From Octopus bimaculoides (Eukaryota): a DNA stretch of 64,000 bases. Made by a program: the position numbers and the translations under genes. Below are positions 52,321-64,000 of this stretch, in pieces (position 1 is the stretch's first letter; the number at the start of each line of letters is the position of its first letter). The stretch covers positions 33,121,185-33,185,184 of the forward strand of contig NC_069005.1 of the NCBI RefSeq assembly GCF_001194135.2, read 5' to 3'. The notes under the pieces were generated by a model that was not told where the DNA came from, searched no databases, and saw nothing but the letters and a program-made list of their open reading frames with translations.

Positions 52321-53299
52321 GTGAGTACTAAAATACCACCTCCACCACCACCAGTAATAGCAATTCTACACTGTGCTTCCCACCACCGCCACCACCACCA
52401 CCACCAGTGTTAATGTTGTTATTGTTGTCTCTGCTGCTCTGACTTCATGTTCTGTCATGTTTAACACATGTGTGACCAAACGCTTGTGTGTGTGTGTGTG
52501 TGTGTGTTCAGTGTGTTCATAGGCCAACTGCTCCACCCCTCTATCTGACCCCTGCTTGTCAGATGACCCTTACATTTGTTGATTGTCATTCTTTTACCAT
52601 CCATACCACCTTCTTACCTGCCTTCTTCCATTTAATGCTGCTGCTGCTGGTGTTGGTTGTAGTAGTGGTAGTAGTAATAGTAGCAGCAGTGGTGGTGAGT
52701 AGTATTGGTGCTGATAGTAGTAGCACTGGTGAGAGTGATGGTAGTGCTGGTGGTGGTGGTGGTGGTGTGGTCAATGGGATGAGTGAATTACAAAGAATAG
52801 AGAAAGACCACCACTACTTCTCCCATAAGTCACATTTACATCACTCACTCCTCTACTGGCATCAACACCACCACTGCATCAACTCTTCTTCTTCTTCTGC
52901 ACTCACACCACCACTACCATCACTATTTTCCTTCCCAGTGTTCTGTTACGTAAAGTTGCTCTATCTAATTGACACAGTTTGTAATCAAGTGGAAAGAAAA
53001 GTGACAGAATTAAATAATAATTATACACACACACACCCATATAAGGCAACAGTGATTTCTGCATATGCACCACAGTCAGGTCTAACGTTCAAGCAAGAGC
53101 AGGACCTTGTGTCTATGAGATACTCATGCAGACTACTTCCATAACCTATAACAGCTGCTTTGTGGTCACAGTTAAATACTTAAGTTGGCATTCTGGTCGA
53201 CACCAGGATGGTTACTTATGTGTACACATGGGTGTTATGACACACTGTGGTACAAGGAATGGCGAGATCAAGATCCCTGGGATTTGGTGACCTATATGG

Positions 53300-53500
53300 C
53301 CTAACCCTTTGCAATTAAGATTTTTGAAAGCCAATCAGCCACTGGGTTATCTGCACTCAGGTGGCCAGACAGACTTGATACTCACCAGGGAATGGGGTGA
53401 ACAAATAATTATTAATACTAAATGTTTCCTCAATGAAGAATGTACTGCACCACATAGACGAGTGATCAGTGATTTCAGGATAAGAGCTGGAAGGATGACC
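53300..53500 (+). mobile_element. Degenerate RTE LINE endonuclease (APE) C-terminal fragment
   Basis: ORF 53309-53515 reads SGGQTDLILTREW...NTKCFLNEECTAPHRRVISDFRIR, matching the QIDYIL...EEC..QHRLVVSDF pattern of RTE endonucleases. Confidence 0.75.
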
Positions 53501-53624
53501 CAGGGACAGAAGTAAAAAAAAAAAGAGACAAAAATGGAGAAGGAAGTTATGGAAGCTGAAAGATTCCTCTGTGGTCTGTTAGTTCTTCTATGATGAGAAG
53601 AAAGATATAGAGTACCATCATCAT

Positions 53625-54010
53625 CATCATCGTTTAACGTCCGCTTTCCATGCTAGCATGGGTTGGACGATTTGACTGAGGACTGGTGAAACCGGATGGC
53701 AACACCAGGCTCCAGTCTGATTTGGCAGAGTTTCTACAGCTGGATGCCCTTCCTAACGCCAACCACTCAGAGAGTGTAGTGGGTGCTTTTACGTGTCACC
53801 CGCACGAAAACGGCCACGCTCGAAATGGTGTCTTTTATGTGCCACCCGCACAAGCCAGTCCAGGGGCACTGGCAACGATCTCGCTCGAAAATCCTACAGG
53901 AGCCAGTCAGGCGGTACTGGCAACGGCCACGCTCAAAATGGTGCATCTCATGTGCCACCCGCACAAGAACCAGTCCAGGGGCACTGGCAACGATCTTACT
54001 TGGCTTGCCG
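53625..54010 (-). mobile_element. Well-preserved RTE LINE 3' end/UTR with internal duplications
   Basis: (CAT)n tail followed by cgtttaacgtccgctttccatgctagcatgggttggac, with duplicated gtgccacccgcacaag...ccagtccaggggcactggcaacgatct units. CpGs are retained, so it is young. Related ends occur at ~24360-24420, ~26690-26750, ~34400-34540, ~42820-43040 and ~46560-46700. Confidence 0.7.
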
Positions 54011-54675
54011 GGTCTTCCATGATATAAAGGATAACTCTTTTGTTGACTTAAAAGAAAGGAGGTTTTTTTTAGAATAGCTCTTGTTTAGTCTTAGATCAGC
54101 TTGGGTCTAACAGATATTATTAAACTGTGACCAGCTTGTCCTTTCTTCTCTATCCCACCCCGACATAGTGTATCTAGGACTACATGATTCAATATCCTTC
54201 CCTTTTCTTTTTTTTTTTTAAAGGCAATAGGATGTGATTTGAGGAAAATTTGACAGCTGTTCTTAGCAAGTCTAGTGGATACGCAGGCTTCCTGTTTGGC
54301 TCATAAGAGAGAAATGAGAATTGTTTGCAGTAATTAGTGACTGCTAATTACAGAAGGAACCTTAAATCAAAACAACAATGAAATATTTCAACACACATTA
54401 TTTGAGATGCTACCCCCTCCTCCATATTACTTTATAAATGTTGTCTTCTCTTTTCATTCAGGGACTTTTAGTGTCACTTGAAACTGTATACAACTATCTA
54501 TCATTTCAGTTTAATCTCATTATAAGACCTTTATTTTTGTTTAATTCCTCAATCTGTTTGTCCTTATTTCACCTCTGACCTGACCCCATTTCTTAATACA
54601 TTTGGCCTACTTTTATTCTTATTATCTTCTCCCTGCCAATCATCATGTTATGACATTTAGCTTTCACTCTTCCAG

Positions 54676-54756
<81 letters not shown>

Positions 54757-55113
54757 GTCACTCCAGTCAGTCTGTCTTAGTTTCTCTTACAGACAGCAGC
54801 TAAGTGACTGAAACCTTTCATTTCACACCACCTGTTGCCCTCACATCCAAATCTCTTCTTTGCTTTATCTTCACACCACCTGTCTCCAGCCCACCCTGAT
54901 ATTCAGACACCTTCCTCTCTTCATTTCACTCCTGTTACACATCCACAGCAAATATATAATCATGCTCTTTATTATTCCCTATACATTGTCTGTTTTTATT
55001 TGGTTCAGAATTTATCTTTTTTTCTGTTTCGTCCTATCTCAATCAGTTTCTCTCAATTTGAAATTCATAAAATCTCTTTCTTTTTTTTTATCAACCTGAG
55101 GTATTAGGATGAG

Positions 55114-55156
<43 letters not shown>

Positions 55157-55610
55157 GTTAGGGAATGTCAAAATCCGAACTTAGAAGGATATTCAATTTA
55201 ATAATATCAAATTGAATTATATAATGGAAAATATATTAATAATTTTTTAGAGAAGAACCACCAAGATGCAACTCAAACAATGAAGGAGATGAGACAGCGT
55301 CAAGAGAAGCGTACTCTTCAAAATACTAATACACCAATCTCACGGAATCTGCAAAGACCATGGGCATAGCAACTGCCCCTTTANNNNNNNNNNNNNNNNN
55401 NNNNNNNNNNNNNNNNNNNNNNNNNNNNNNNNNNNNNNNNNNNNNNNNNNNNNNNNNNNNNNNNNNNNNNNNNNNNNNNNNNNNNNNNNNNNNNNNNNNN
55501 NNNNNNNNNNNNNNNNNNNNNNNNNNNNNNNNNNNNNNNNNNNNNNNNNNNNNNNNNNNNNNNNNNNNNNNNNNNNNNNNNNNNNNNNNNNNNNNNNNNN
55601 NNNNNNNNNN

Positions 55611-55659
<49 letters not shown>

Positions 55660-57639
55660 ATGACAAAAGAGCATGTGCTTCTAACTCAACTCTCTTGAAA
55701 CAGGTGAGCCCCAACCCTGTTGAAATTGTGGTTCTTCAGTTGTCAAACATGGTTGTTGATGTCTCTAGAGTTATAACCCAATGGTTATTTTAGGGGCAAA
55801 GTATATATTTAGGTAAATTGTTTGTATGATGATGGCTTCCCACTCTTCTAGTGAATGGAATTCTTAAGTAAGCAGAGAAGCTAGTTTAAAGTTCAGAGCT
55901 TGTTGATGTAACAGGGTAAGAGAGCAAATAACGATGGTGATGTAGTTGTTGATGGTGATGGAGGTGATGAAAGAAGCGCATTTCCCAGAAAGAAATACAA
56001 AAGAGAGAAAGGGATTTTGTGTGTTGTTGAAATATAATTAGGGAGCTTCTTTAATCAGTACACCTGGAGATTACTTGCGGAGAGAAGATGAAAAGAGAAG
56101 ATAAACCAGTTGACTATAATTACATAGAATTAACAAAATTCACATCCTCCCATCTCGACTTAATCTGTCTCCCACGTCGTCTCTTTCTCTTCTGGCTGCT
56201 GTCTGCTTTAATTGCTTCCAATGAAAATGCTTTGTGATTAACAAAATATCATCATGGTGATTTGAATAGCATCAAGAGCAAAAACAAAAGACAAGAAAAA
56301 ACAAAACCAATGGGGGAAGGGTTTTTTCATGGTGTTTCTGATATTATTTCACTCAGAGTTGCTGAAGGCAATCTGTTAAAGAAAGTAGCGTCTCTAAAAG
56401 AAAACTGATGCATTATCAAATCGAGAGAGCATCCATGAGAGTCAAGGAGAACAATCTCTGTCAGAGCTGATGTTACAGAAAATATATTGATATGGTTTAT
56501 TGCAGTATTTCAAACCCAGAAGGTCATTCTGCTTTAGAGTATTGGAAAACCATTTTACTGAACAGAACTCTGATATTTACAAATACAGTGTCGTATAGAC
56601 TTACTTAGCTGTTGCTATGACATTGTAATAATTAGGATAATTGCTTTTACCTTCACTAATCATCTATTACTGTTGTCTAATAGCTTGAATCATTTGACAT
56701 GTCAGATAAGCAGTTTGCCTTCTCTAAGCAAGAATATTGTTATTATTGAGTTCATGTGTCAGGTTATGTCATAGATAAGATAACTGTATGTGCAGCACTT
56801 TGTATCTGCTACACTTCTGTTTGCTCTATGACACAGTAAATTTTGCATAGATCTGTGTAGATTTGTAGTCAGTTGAACTGTGATATAATTGAAGTGCGTT
56901 CTTGTTAAGAATATTGTCTGTTCTCTCACTATTAACTTTCTCCTGTAAAGATGAAAAACATTATCAAATGTAAATCTGAAGTTCAAATTCCATTGAGGAT
57001 GACTTCACCTTTCATCTTTTGGGGTCAATAAAAAAAGTATCAGTTCAGCATTGGGTTTATATTATTGGCTTTCCTCCCAAAATTAGAAAGGAAAAGGTAT
57101 ATGAATTGAAATAAAACTAGCACAATGCAGGGAGGGGTCTTTAGTTTAGCAAATAACTTCTTTGGTGATGTTAGCATGATAAAATACAAGCTGGTTGGTG
57201 ATGGAGATTGAAAAGAAAGAAGAAAGGAAACTGAAGAGATGGGGTCTCAGTAATGCACAGTTCAAGCAACTCATCTAGGGAAACAGTAACTCTGAATAAA
57301 AATTGATATGAGTAGAGGGGTCTCTTTAGACCTGGCTCATGGACTCTCAAGGGAACGAGGCAGTAGATTGCTCTGAGTTCAGATTGTAAAGTGGTTGGCA
57401 ATTGGAAGGACATCCAACCATAAAAATATGTCCAGATATGTATATAACAGTACACAACAGTAAACATTGGTGGTTTTTCCTGTTGTTGTGTGTGTGTGTC
57501 AGTGACAAGACCTCTGTACTGGAACAAACCTATCACCCATAGGAGTATAGAGAAACAATGATGATTAATTATTACATTTACACTCTAAATTTCATGTGGT
57601 TTGACCTGTGATGGCCATCAGATGCCTCATTCCTGAATG

Positions 57640-57783
57640 GATCTTTCTTTCTTTTAGGTGCCATCTCCAGAATGCTGGACATAAACGATCATGTCCTGTC
57701 ACAATTCTCTGTAACAGTTCCACTTCCCGATGTTTGATGCCTCTTTCTTCCAACCAGTTCATCAATCTTAGCATCCATACCAT
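57640..57783 (-). mobile_element. Probable LINE ORF2 C-terminal remnant
   Basis: REVELLQRIVTGHDRLCPAFWRWHL resembles the RxxxxxLxRLRTGHxRL motif of LINE ORF2. It could alternatively be a mariner FLxRIVTGDE motif. Confidence 0.35.
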
Positions 57784-59128
57784 CCTTCTCTTTCCTCCGC
57801 TTCTCTTCCTTTCAATCTCTCTGGTTGTAGCTAAATTCTTCAGGCCCTTATTTTCTGAATAGATACATAATTCATTTCTTAAATAGATACAATATTAACC
57901 TGACTTAAAGAATTCCTAGTTTGGCAGTTCCAGTGTGGTACCATGGAAATCTAAAAATAATGCTGATTGGATATCAATTCACTTGAAACCTGTTTAAAAA
58001 AAATAGTTATCATCTTTAATGTTGGAGGTTAATAGACTGAGGAAATATCATGATTCATGACTTTCAATTATGTTTTTATTGCTAAGCACCGCTGGTAGTA
58101 TTCAGAAGGTACTCACTTGACATAAATACAGGGGATGCCTGGCTAAAGATATATCAGGTGTCAATGCTAACAACATTGAAAGTGGTAATTATGGATAAGC
58201 AATGAGAGGGAAAATATGATAGTAGTCAATGAAAATAACTTCAAACATATTTTGGTCTTATTCTGACCTCTTTAGGGAAGCTTGTACTTGTCAAAACAAT
58301 GATGAAAGAATTAATATTATGCAAGATTATTTTTTCATTTAAACCAAAACATGCTTTGTCTTATATCCTTACTAAAAATATGAAAATATTAGTTGACTAA
58401 ATTTTTTAATCTCTTCCCTCATAATTATTTTAATGCTTACTGTATTAAATCAGTTAACACTAACTTAATTATTATTTTCCAACTGAATAAACAATTCAGT
58501 TTTCTTTTCTATATTATTGATTGTACAGTCTTTGTGTTGGAATGGGTTTGCTAGGTCTGCTTTACATAATATTACCAATTGTCTGTAGGCAAAGGAAAAA
58601 GAAATACTTAAACTAATAAAATACTTCAAAATCATTAATTAAAATATCTACATGTAATAAATGACATTGGTTTTATTTGTAATTAACATTACGTTAACTT
58701 CAAACTAGTTTTTGTCTGTCTTTGATGTTGTTGTCACTAATTAAACAACAACTACAATAACAACAGCATAAGCGTATAAAATGTCTCTGTTGCCGAACTT
58801 GATGTATTTTATGTTCCATATTTAAACTTGGATTGCTAAAACATCTGTTATTTGCATTCTTTGGTGGTGTTCTTGTTTTTATACACTACTACCACCGTCA
58901 CTGATATTACAACTACTTCTACAGCTACCGTACATACCACTACTACCATTATTACTACTCCAACTATGACTGCTATGCCTACAACCTCCATGGGCGATGG
59001 TGGTACAACTAGTAATATTACAGGCATTTCCACTACTAACACCCTCATTAAAACCACTGTCTACCATGGTCATCACCACTACTATAAACCACTTCTATAA
59101 GTACCACCACCATCATTAGAAGGTGTAT

Positions 59129-59280
59129 GTGTGGCTGTGTGGTTAAGAACTTCACTGTGCAACTACATGGCTTTGGTTCAATCTCACTGTACACCTCTTG
59201 GGTATGTGTCTTTTACCATAGCTTCAAAGTCTTTTGAATGAGATTTGAAAGATGGAAACTGTGTGGAATCTCATTAAGAA
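59129..59280 (+). mobile_element. SINE family A copy (diverged)
   Basis: gtgtggctgtgtggttaagaac...ggttcaatctcactg...gatggaaactgtgtggaatc. Further decayed copies at ~37700-37890, ~40730-41045 (-), ~48200-48300 (-) and ~61445-61575. Confidence 0.7.
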
Positions 59281-59309
59281 GACCTTTCCTGTTTCTGGGT
59301 GGCAGACTT

Positions 59310-59610
59310 AGCATAACGGTATCTGATCATAACACAATGATGTCATATATTAGCACCCTGGTATCTGATCATAGCACAGTGATGTTGTATCTTAGCATAC
59401 TGTATCATAGCACACTAGTGTTTTCTTATAGAGCAGTGGGGTCGTGTCTTAGCATAGTGGTGTCTTGTCATAGCACACTGGTGTCTGATCATAGCACACT
59501 AGTGTCTTATCTTGACATACAGGTGACCTATCTTAACACAGTGGTATTCTATCATATAGCACAATGGTGTTGTATCTTAACACAATGGTGTTATCTTAGC
59601 ACACTATTAC
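59310..59610. repeat. Degenerate ~20-bp minisatellite
   Basis: Repeated (c/t)atagcacac(t/a)(a/g)gtg(t)cttat-like units. Confidence 0.75.
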
Positions 59611-60135
59611 TTGAGATTTACTAATGTTACATCTCAGACAATTTATCTTCCATCCACTTACCATAGCAAACAAGGCAGCTAAGCAATGGCCAAAGAAACA
59701 TTTCTTGAGATTAGGCAACATTGACACACATTTGCCCATCTCTTAACTAGATTTCAATGGTTCTGTTGGACACCAATAATGACACATCTAAGGGCAAAAA
59801 CTTGCCTAGTAAAAAAGAAGACAAAAAGAAAAGGATGCCAAAATTAAAATTTTTTTCAAAAAAATCGACACAAATTTCTTTTGTATCCTATTTAAAAGTT
59901 TATTGCATTATTTTTCTTAAAATAGTCATTTATTTAGGACAACATATGGTTGACTCACTAATGTTCCAAAAGTAAAACTGACCCCCCCTCTTTTCACACC
60001 ATTACCATACTGTCGGCACTACCCCTCCCAAATTTACAAAAATATCCTACCAGTGGGGTTTATTCTGCAAAGGAAATATTTGAAATTTGATACTGAGTGC
60101 GATGAACACTTTGGTAACACTCTGATTTGTTACCA

Positions 60136-60203
<68 letters not shown>

Positions 60204-61104
60204 TTGAATAAAATGCTCATATCTGCTGGGTAGCTGGCCCCTATGGCCGTACATAATTTTTCTTTTCTGTCCCTCACAATCATATCAGGTTATTTATTTA
60301 TTTATTTGCATTTGGCAGAAGTTTTAATGGGAATATTCCTTATGCTCACACACACACACACCAATATTCTTTGTATTCAAACACACACACACACACACAC
60401 ACATGCATGTACATGCACATATTTGGCATGTATGTTTGTGAGGCATGTATAGATTGAAATTTGTGCAACACTCTACATTTAGTTACATGTACCTGTAGAT
60501 GCACAAAAACCCACCCACATACACAAACACACACACACACACGTATGAATTAATATTAGAATTAAACTGGTGCTGTATGAAACACCTATATCAGTTGATT
60601 CATTAGGTGATGAGTGAATTAGAAAGCTGACTTGTCTGTTTAATGATTTGTTCACAACTGTGAATGTTCAGTGTTGCAATCCGTGCAACAATCAAACAAA
60701 CACAGCAACATAGAAACAAGAAACTAAGAAAAAAAAAAAAAAAAAAAAAAAAAACATTTGTATGAAGAAGATGTTGAGGTGATTATTTTAGTGTTGTCTG
60801 TACTTTTGTATTGGTAGACCATCATTATCACCATCATTTTTATCATCATCGTTATCATTACCATTGTCATCTTCCTCCTACATTATCATTTGTCTTCATT
60901 TTTATGCTTAAGGAACAATTGTTACATTCATTTGAATGTGCATTGTATTGCTGCTTCACTTGCTGCTGCTCTCTCTCTCTCTCTCTAAGGTACACATTCT
61001 CACAAACAGATATTTACATTGACACATACATTCAGACGTAACGCCCACTCACACATATTTACAAGTGAGGGTGGAGAGGTACACCTCACCACCATCTATG
61101 CACC

Positions 61105-61149
<45 letters not shown>

Positions 61150-61198
61150 NNNNNNNNNNACATACACATACAGATGTCAGCGTTACTGCAGACACCCA

Positions 61199-61229
<31 letters not shown>

Positions 61230-62479
61230 CCTCTCTGCCCCCACTCAGACACAATTGTGCTGAAGATAGAATTAATGAAATGGACAGAATCTAAAATTAC
61301 TCTCTGAATAAAATCAGAAACCGTGTGTCTGTTAGGAAAAGATGTTCAAATATTGAATTGTTTTACAGTGCTGCTGCTGCTGAATACCATTTCATTAACA
61401 TAGAGTAGACTGTAGATTGTTTTCTTTTGTGTAAAAACACAGGCAGGGCTGCTTCACAATCACATGGGTTTTGGTTACAATCTAATGTACACCACCTTGG
61501 GCAAGAATTTTTACCATCGCCTCAGATCAACCAAAGACTGAAGAATGAAATTTGATAGATAGAAACTGTGTAGAAACCTGGTGGAGGGACTGACCATTCC
61601 TGTTCTTGAGAGACAGGCTTAATCTGTCATCAAAGAAAAGGATTAAACACCAACACCTAGTCCTTGAGTGTCTTCAGTGGGGTACTGTCTGTTGCAAGTA
61701 CTTGTGCTGGGTCTAAGGATAATCACCTCTTCAACGGTTTTGAAAATGATCATAGGTGCTGTTTTTCTATCTCTAAGTCATAAAACGAAACAGAGATTAG
61801 TGGATAAAACACTGAGCTAGCAACCTAGAGATGTGTTCAAATGATGTATGGGTATATCATTGTGTTCATGTTCATGGGTTATACAGTTAATTCTGGTTAC
61901 CTCATATGAGTTAGTTCTTTGAAATACCCGATTGTTTGGAAATAGAAACTGATTCACAATTTTTTTGCTTCAAAGTTTTAAAGGTTTCTAAACATCTGTG
62001 TGTGTGTGTGTGTGTCTGGAAGTTTAATAGAGACTGGTAGCTTCTTCCAGGGATCGTATGCCAATTGAAAGAACTCTTTCAAAGGCAGAATAGCTTCAAT
62101 TCACATTTTGAGCACGTGTTTCATTGTTTCTGATCAGGACACTTAATTGTACGCACCTATTACAAACAAACTTACTTCTTTTATGTGCTCTCTCTCCCTC
62201 ATCAAGGACCCCAGGTACTATATAGCATGGTGATGATTCTGAGCCAGAATATCTATCAAATCTCAGCAGCACCACTGCAACCACTACCACCACCAAACCA
62301 TATTACTATGTATGTCAAACCAATTTTTTTGTATGATAACAATTTTTATGATCTAAAGGCTAACTCCATGAGTAAATTAAAAACATTCCAGGCCAAATCT
62401 GAACCTGCAATCCTGAAATTTCGGATTCCTATGTTTTCATTACTGCAATTATTTTCAGTTATTTTCATTACATGATTTT

Positions 62480-62645
62480 TTTTTAACAAATATGATCATG
62501 ATTGGGATATGACTCTGGAGGAAGCGATTGCAACAAATTCTCCAAAACAAGTCAGATCTGTTTGCAGATCTTCCCATTCAGGGTCAGTCGCTTAAAAGTT
62601 ATATACCAGCCTAAAAGCCACCCAATAGGGTGGCTTTTGAGCTAG
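62480..62645 (+). mobile_element. Helitron remnant: RepHel fragment plus 3' terminus
   Basis: 62491-62572 reads YDHDWDMTLEEAIATNSPKQVR-(frameshift)-LFADL, like the Helitron motif DDxHWxxTLxEAxxxxSPxQxRxLFAI. A perfect hairpin AAAAGCCACCC-aata-GGGTGGCTTTT (62613-62638) is followed by CTAG|T (62642-62646). The 5' end was not located. Confidence 0.75.
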
Positions 62646-62810
62646 TATATGCTATAAATACGATTGTGTGTCTTTGATGGCATTTGAACTAGACACACAC
62701 ATTTTTCCATACCATACCAGGCACTTCAAAATACTGTAATAGCAGGTATATTTATTGTATCATCAGAACTAAAGTCTTGTTCCCAGCTTTGGAGATTTTT
62801 CAACACACCT

Positions 62811-62876
<66 letters not shown>

Positions 62877-63154
62877 TATATTCAATTTCAGTAAGATATT
62901 TTGATAGAACCATACTGCTTGTTATTTTGGAAGATTCTTGATGTCAGTTAAATTACTGGTATTAGGGTATACAGTACCATATTTCTCCTGAATGTTAATT
63001 GGAAGGTGAGATGATGAAGAAAAATCAAAATCTAGGTTCTATGTTAAGTAAATCATTTACCAAGAGAGATTTGTGAGACTAGCTGAGGTGTGCAAGTGCG
63101 GCCTGCATGCGTGTGTATGTACATACATACATGCACATATATACATATAATGTG

Positions 63155-63204
<50 letters not shown>

Positions 63205-64000
63205 TGTGTGTGTGTGTGTGTATCATATTGAAAAAAACTGGTTGTAGCTGATAAATTATAAAGAAATAATAATGAAAGTTAAGATTAAAATAAAACAAGG
63301 AGTATGAGAATCAAAATGAAGAAAAAAATGAAGAAAATACAAAAAAAAAAGACTAATTGGACTAGAAACAATGAGAGAGAGAGAGAGAGGTTGTGGTCTT
63401 CTATATTGTTACTGAGAATAAATTACTAATCCCTGTTTTAGTGAAGATAAATTAGACCTGAACAGCCTGTGAAATAGATGGAAGAGACCTCATTATGGTG
63501 TGTGTATGAGTGTAAGGGGAATTGTACTGACAAAAGTGTGATTATTCTTGTAGATTACACTAATTAAGTAACCTGCTCCTGCTAAAGAAGTTCCATCATG
63601 TTTAACAAAATGGTTCATCACTTTATCCCTACTTCTCTCTCTCCCTCTCTTTATTGTCTCCTTCCCTCACTTCTGCCTTTCTACTCATTCATCCATAATG
63701 ACCTTGGCTTCACAGGTAGGAATATATCAAGGTAGCAAGGGGAACTAGATACACACACACACACACACACACACACACTATATATATATATATATATATA
63801 TACGGCTAGGGTGTTAGGCTTGTGATCATGAGATTGTGGGTTCTATTCCTGGACTGGACGGCATGTTTAGTCTTTGAGCAAGGTACTTTATTTCATGTTG
63901 TTCCAACCAACTTAGCTGATACAAGTACCAGCCTAGAGCTATTGTGTACACACACACACACACACACGCGCGCACGCACGCGCGCACACGCACACACACA

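Larger units (their letters stand above)
13159..61159. other. Assembly gaps (nine N-runs)
   Basis: 13159-13243, 13909-14346, 20431-20514, 29882-30155, 30819-31188, 35530-35772, 43896-44124, 55384-55610, 61150-61159; several abut microsatellites. Confidence 0.95.

Noticed and set aside
58852-59100. Thr-rich mucin-like ORF
   Set aside because: Degenerate (ACT/ACC)n repeat with no splice context or true ATG start.
62613-62638. Hairpin resembling a bacterial bidirectional rho-independent terminator (contamination or HGT)
   Set aside because: Followed by CTAG|T and preceded by a RepHel-like peptide; a Helitron 3' end explains it, and the flanks are eukaryotic repeats.

Overview
AT-rich, microsatellite-dense metazoan genomic DNA with nine N-gaps. 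The repeat families look like Octopus/cephalopod SINEs and RTE LINEs; this rests on recalled motifs, not a search. Almost all ORFs in the supplied track are microsatellite, N-gap or transposon artefacts. The best-supported gene is a + strand BLTP2 (KIAA0100/hobbit) orthologue. Two consecutive N-terminal coding exons (44388-44514, 48628-48680) have canonical splice sites and matching phases, and read xLLVWLMQWKLRKHFQAEVKVGWTSIFNFGKVYLKLPKQGLRV|EIENIGLTSYILSPRTIR. Its start-codon exon is not securely identified. The most striking candidate (42380-42475) lies inside a decayed CORE-type SINE and would supply an ATG and a hydrophobic helix in the correct phase. The first ~16 kb retains CpG and holds several promoter-like islands. 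These include a CRE cluster and probable alternative first exons of a - strand gene running off the left edge, one encoding MTEDIAPARSRQSRFQ (an RFxV SPAK/OSR1-docking-like motif). The rest is CpG-depleted intron filled with SINEs, RTE fragments, mariner/hAT MITEs, a Helitron end and several foldback structures. No rRNA, intact tRNA, CRISPR array or recognisable conserved miRNA was seen.
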